This document shows, piece by piece, positions 62,801-64,000 of a DNA stretch of 64,000 nt; position 1 is the first letter of the stretch; each line of letters opens with the position of its first letter. The translations under genes were made by a program, and so were the position numbers. Origin of the DNA: Catajapyx aquilonaris. Lineage: Eukaryota. The notes under the pieces were generated by a model. The model saw only the letters and a program-made list of their open reading frames with translations. It made no database searches and had not been told where the DNA came from. The stretch lies in the NCBI GenBank assembly GCA_000934665.2, contig JYFJ02000166.1:62001-126000 (forward strand), in the 5' to 3' direction.

Positions 62801-64000
62801 CTCATTATACTTTTTTTTTCTTTTTCCAATCACTATTTCCAAGGATAGGCCCACCAAGTTCGACCATATCCCCTGTGTATATCCATCGGATAGGACGTCG
62901 GGAAAGAAGTGACACGTCCTCTCCCTTATACTCTGTCGATTTATGCCGGCTATTACAATGTCCGTAGAATCCGTCTGGCATAGGGGAGACCCAGCAGGGA
63001 AATTATCTCACCGGTGGGCAGGGTTTACAGGATCAGCGAATGCCAAGAGATGATTTGTTCCCGGACCATTACTGTAATTGAGTACGTTCCGTCAGTCACA
63101 GCCTTGATGGGGAAACACCATTAGCGGGATGTATTCGGCGAGGGACAAGAAAATGTCCACGTTTATCTGCCCCCAGTTGGAACCTATCCTTTTCCCGTGG
63201 CCTTTTAACAGATTGGTGCAAGCATCATTTTCTGCACGGAAATACCCGGTTGAGCTGTGTTGCTATCTCTTGGCACATTTTCCGAGTGGTAGTCAGGCAA
63301 GGGACGTCCCAGGTTTGTCGGGGAACAAGCAAGGGGAGGTGGGTAGGAGGGGGGGGGGGAAGAGAGAGAAATTATGCAAGATTCAGCGGTGAAGGAGACA
63401 AGTGTGGAAGTGGAAGGCGTCAGGCGGAAAGATGCGCAGAAGGAGCAGTTGCTTGCGTGGTGCTGCTGATGCCTGAGTCCATTGTGACAGGGCGGGAAAG
63501 CGGTGGGAACGGGACGAGGCCACAAACTCTTTCAGTATACGGCTCGTAGACGGAAGATTTCTTCAGGTTGGAGTGTGTTTCGGGCGAGGACGAATTGAAT
63601 TCGTGTAGAAACATGGACTTGAACATCCAGAAATGACATGACTTATTTTTGTCAAAAATTGACGTGGTTCTGAGTAAGCTATTAAAGTGGATTCACGTAT
63701 ATTCATGGGAAAGGCTAACCACAGTTGCGGAGTTCCATTGTAATAGAATAATAATTGAAGGGTGTATAACCAGAGCGGGGCATGTTCACATTGTGATGGG
63801 AATTCAGTTTTTCTTGTTTATGGGAAGAACGCGGCCCCTCTGTTCAATTCAGTTCAAGTAGGCCTAATTATAATTTTTTGTCATTGTCATGTGTAACGGC
63901 AATTTCCAATTATTCCACTCGCATGTGTTGTATAATTTACCACAAGAAATAAATAAACGAAATGTAACTGCTGGCTTTTGCACCTGCTGTGGTTATCAAG

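Larger units (their letters stand above)
52550..64000 (+). other. Inferred long intron downstream of the DDT-domain exon (phase 2)
   Basis: Begins with GTAAGT. The downstream + strand acceptors I tested (about 53533, 53773, 59100, 60294) hit stops in the phase-2 frame, so the next exon probably lies beyond the window. Confidence 0.55.

Noticed and set aside
1..64000. CRISPR arrays, operons, phage or defence-system genes
   Set aside because: No regularly spaced direct repeats, no gene-dense coding, and clear spliceosomal and microsatellite signatures of an animal genome.

Overview
This is eukaryotic, almost certainly animal, genomic DNA that is nearly all non-coding. I cannot name the species. 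I found no prokaryotic gene organisation, CRISPR array, rRNA, tRNA or recognisable conserved miRNA, and essentially all ORFs in the supplied track look spurious. The one well-supported coding feature is a lone 95-bp spliceosomal exon on the + strand (52455-52549, phase 0/2). It encodes part of a DDT-type domain resembling exon 2 of the chromatin-remodelling subunit CECR2. No neighbouring exon of that gene is confidently visible, so most of the window is probably inside two very long introns, and the + strand bias of G-rich tracts fits this. The intronic DNA alternates between two kinds of sequence. AT-rich zones hold eroded transposons: two Penelope-like fragments, CR1/L2-type LINE relics, and a 300-bp TA-flanked MITE with roughly 100-bp inverted arms. 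GC-richer zones hold clusters of developmental transcription-factor motifs: Pbx/Exd-Hox, Meis/Hth, Cdx/posterior-Hox with TCF, T-box and CTCF-like. The most interesting hypotheses are (i) a recursive-splicing site with a 55-60 nt cryptic exon at 7364-7459, and (ii) a housekeeping 'bystander' gene whose introns carry enhancers of a developmental regulator outside the window. All motif and TE calls were made by eye, protein comparisons rest on remembered consensus sequences, and nothing was searched or computed.
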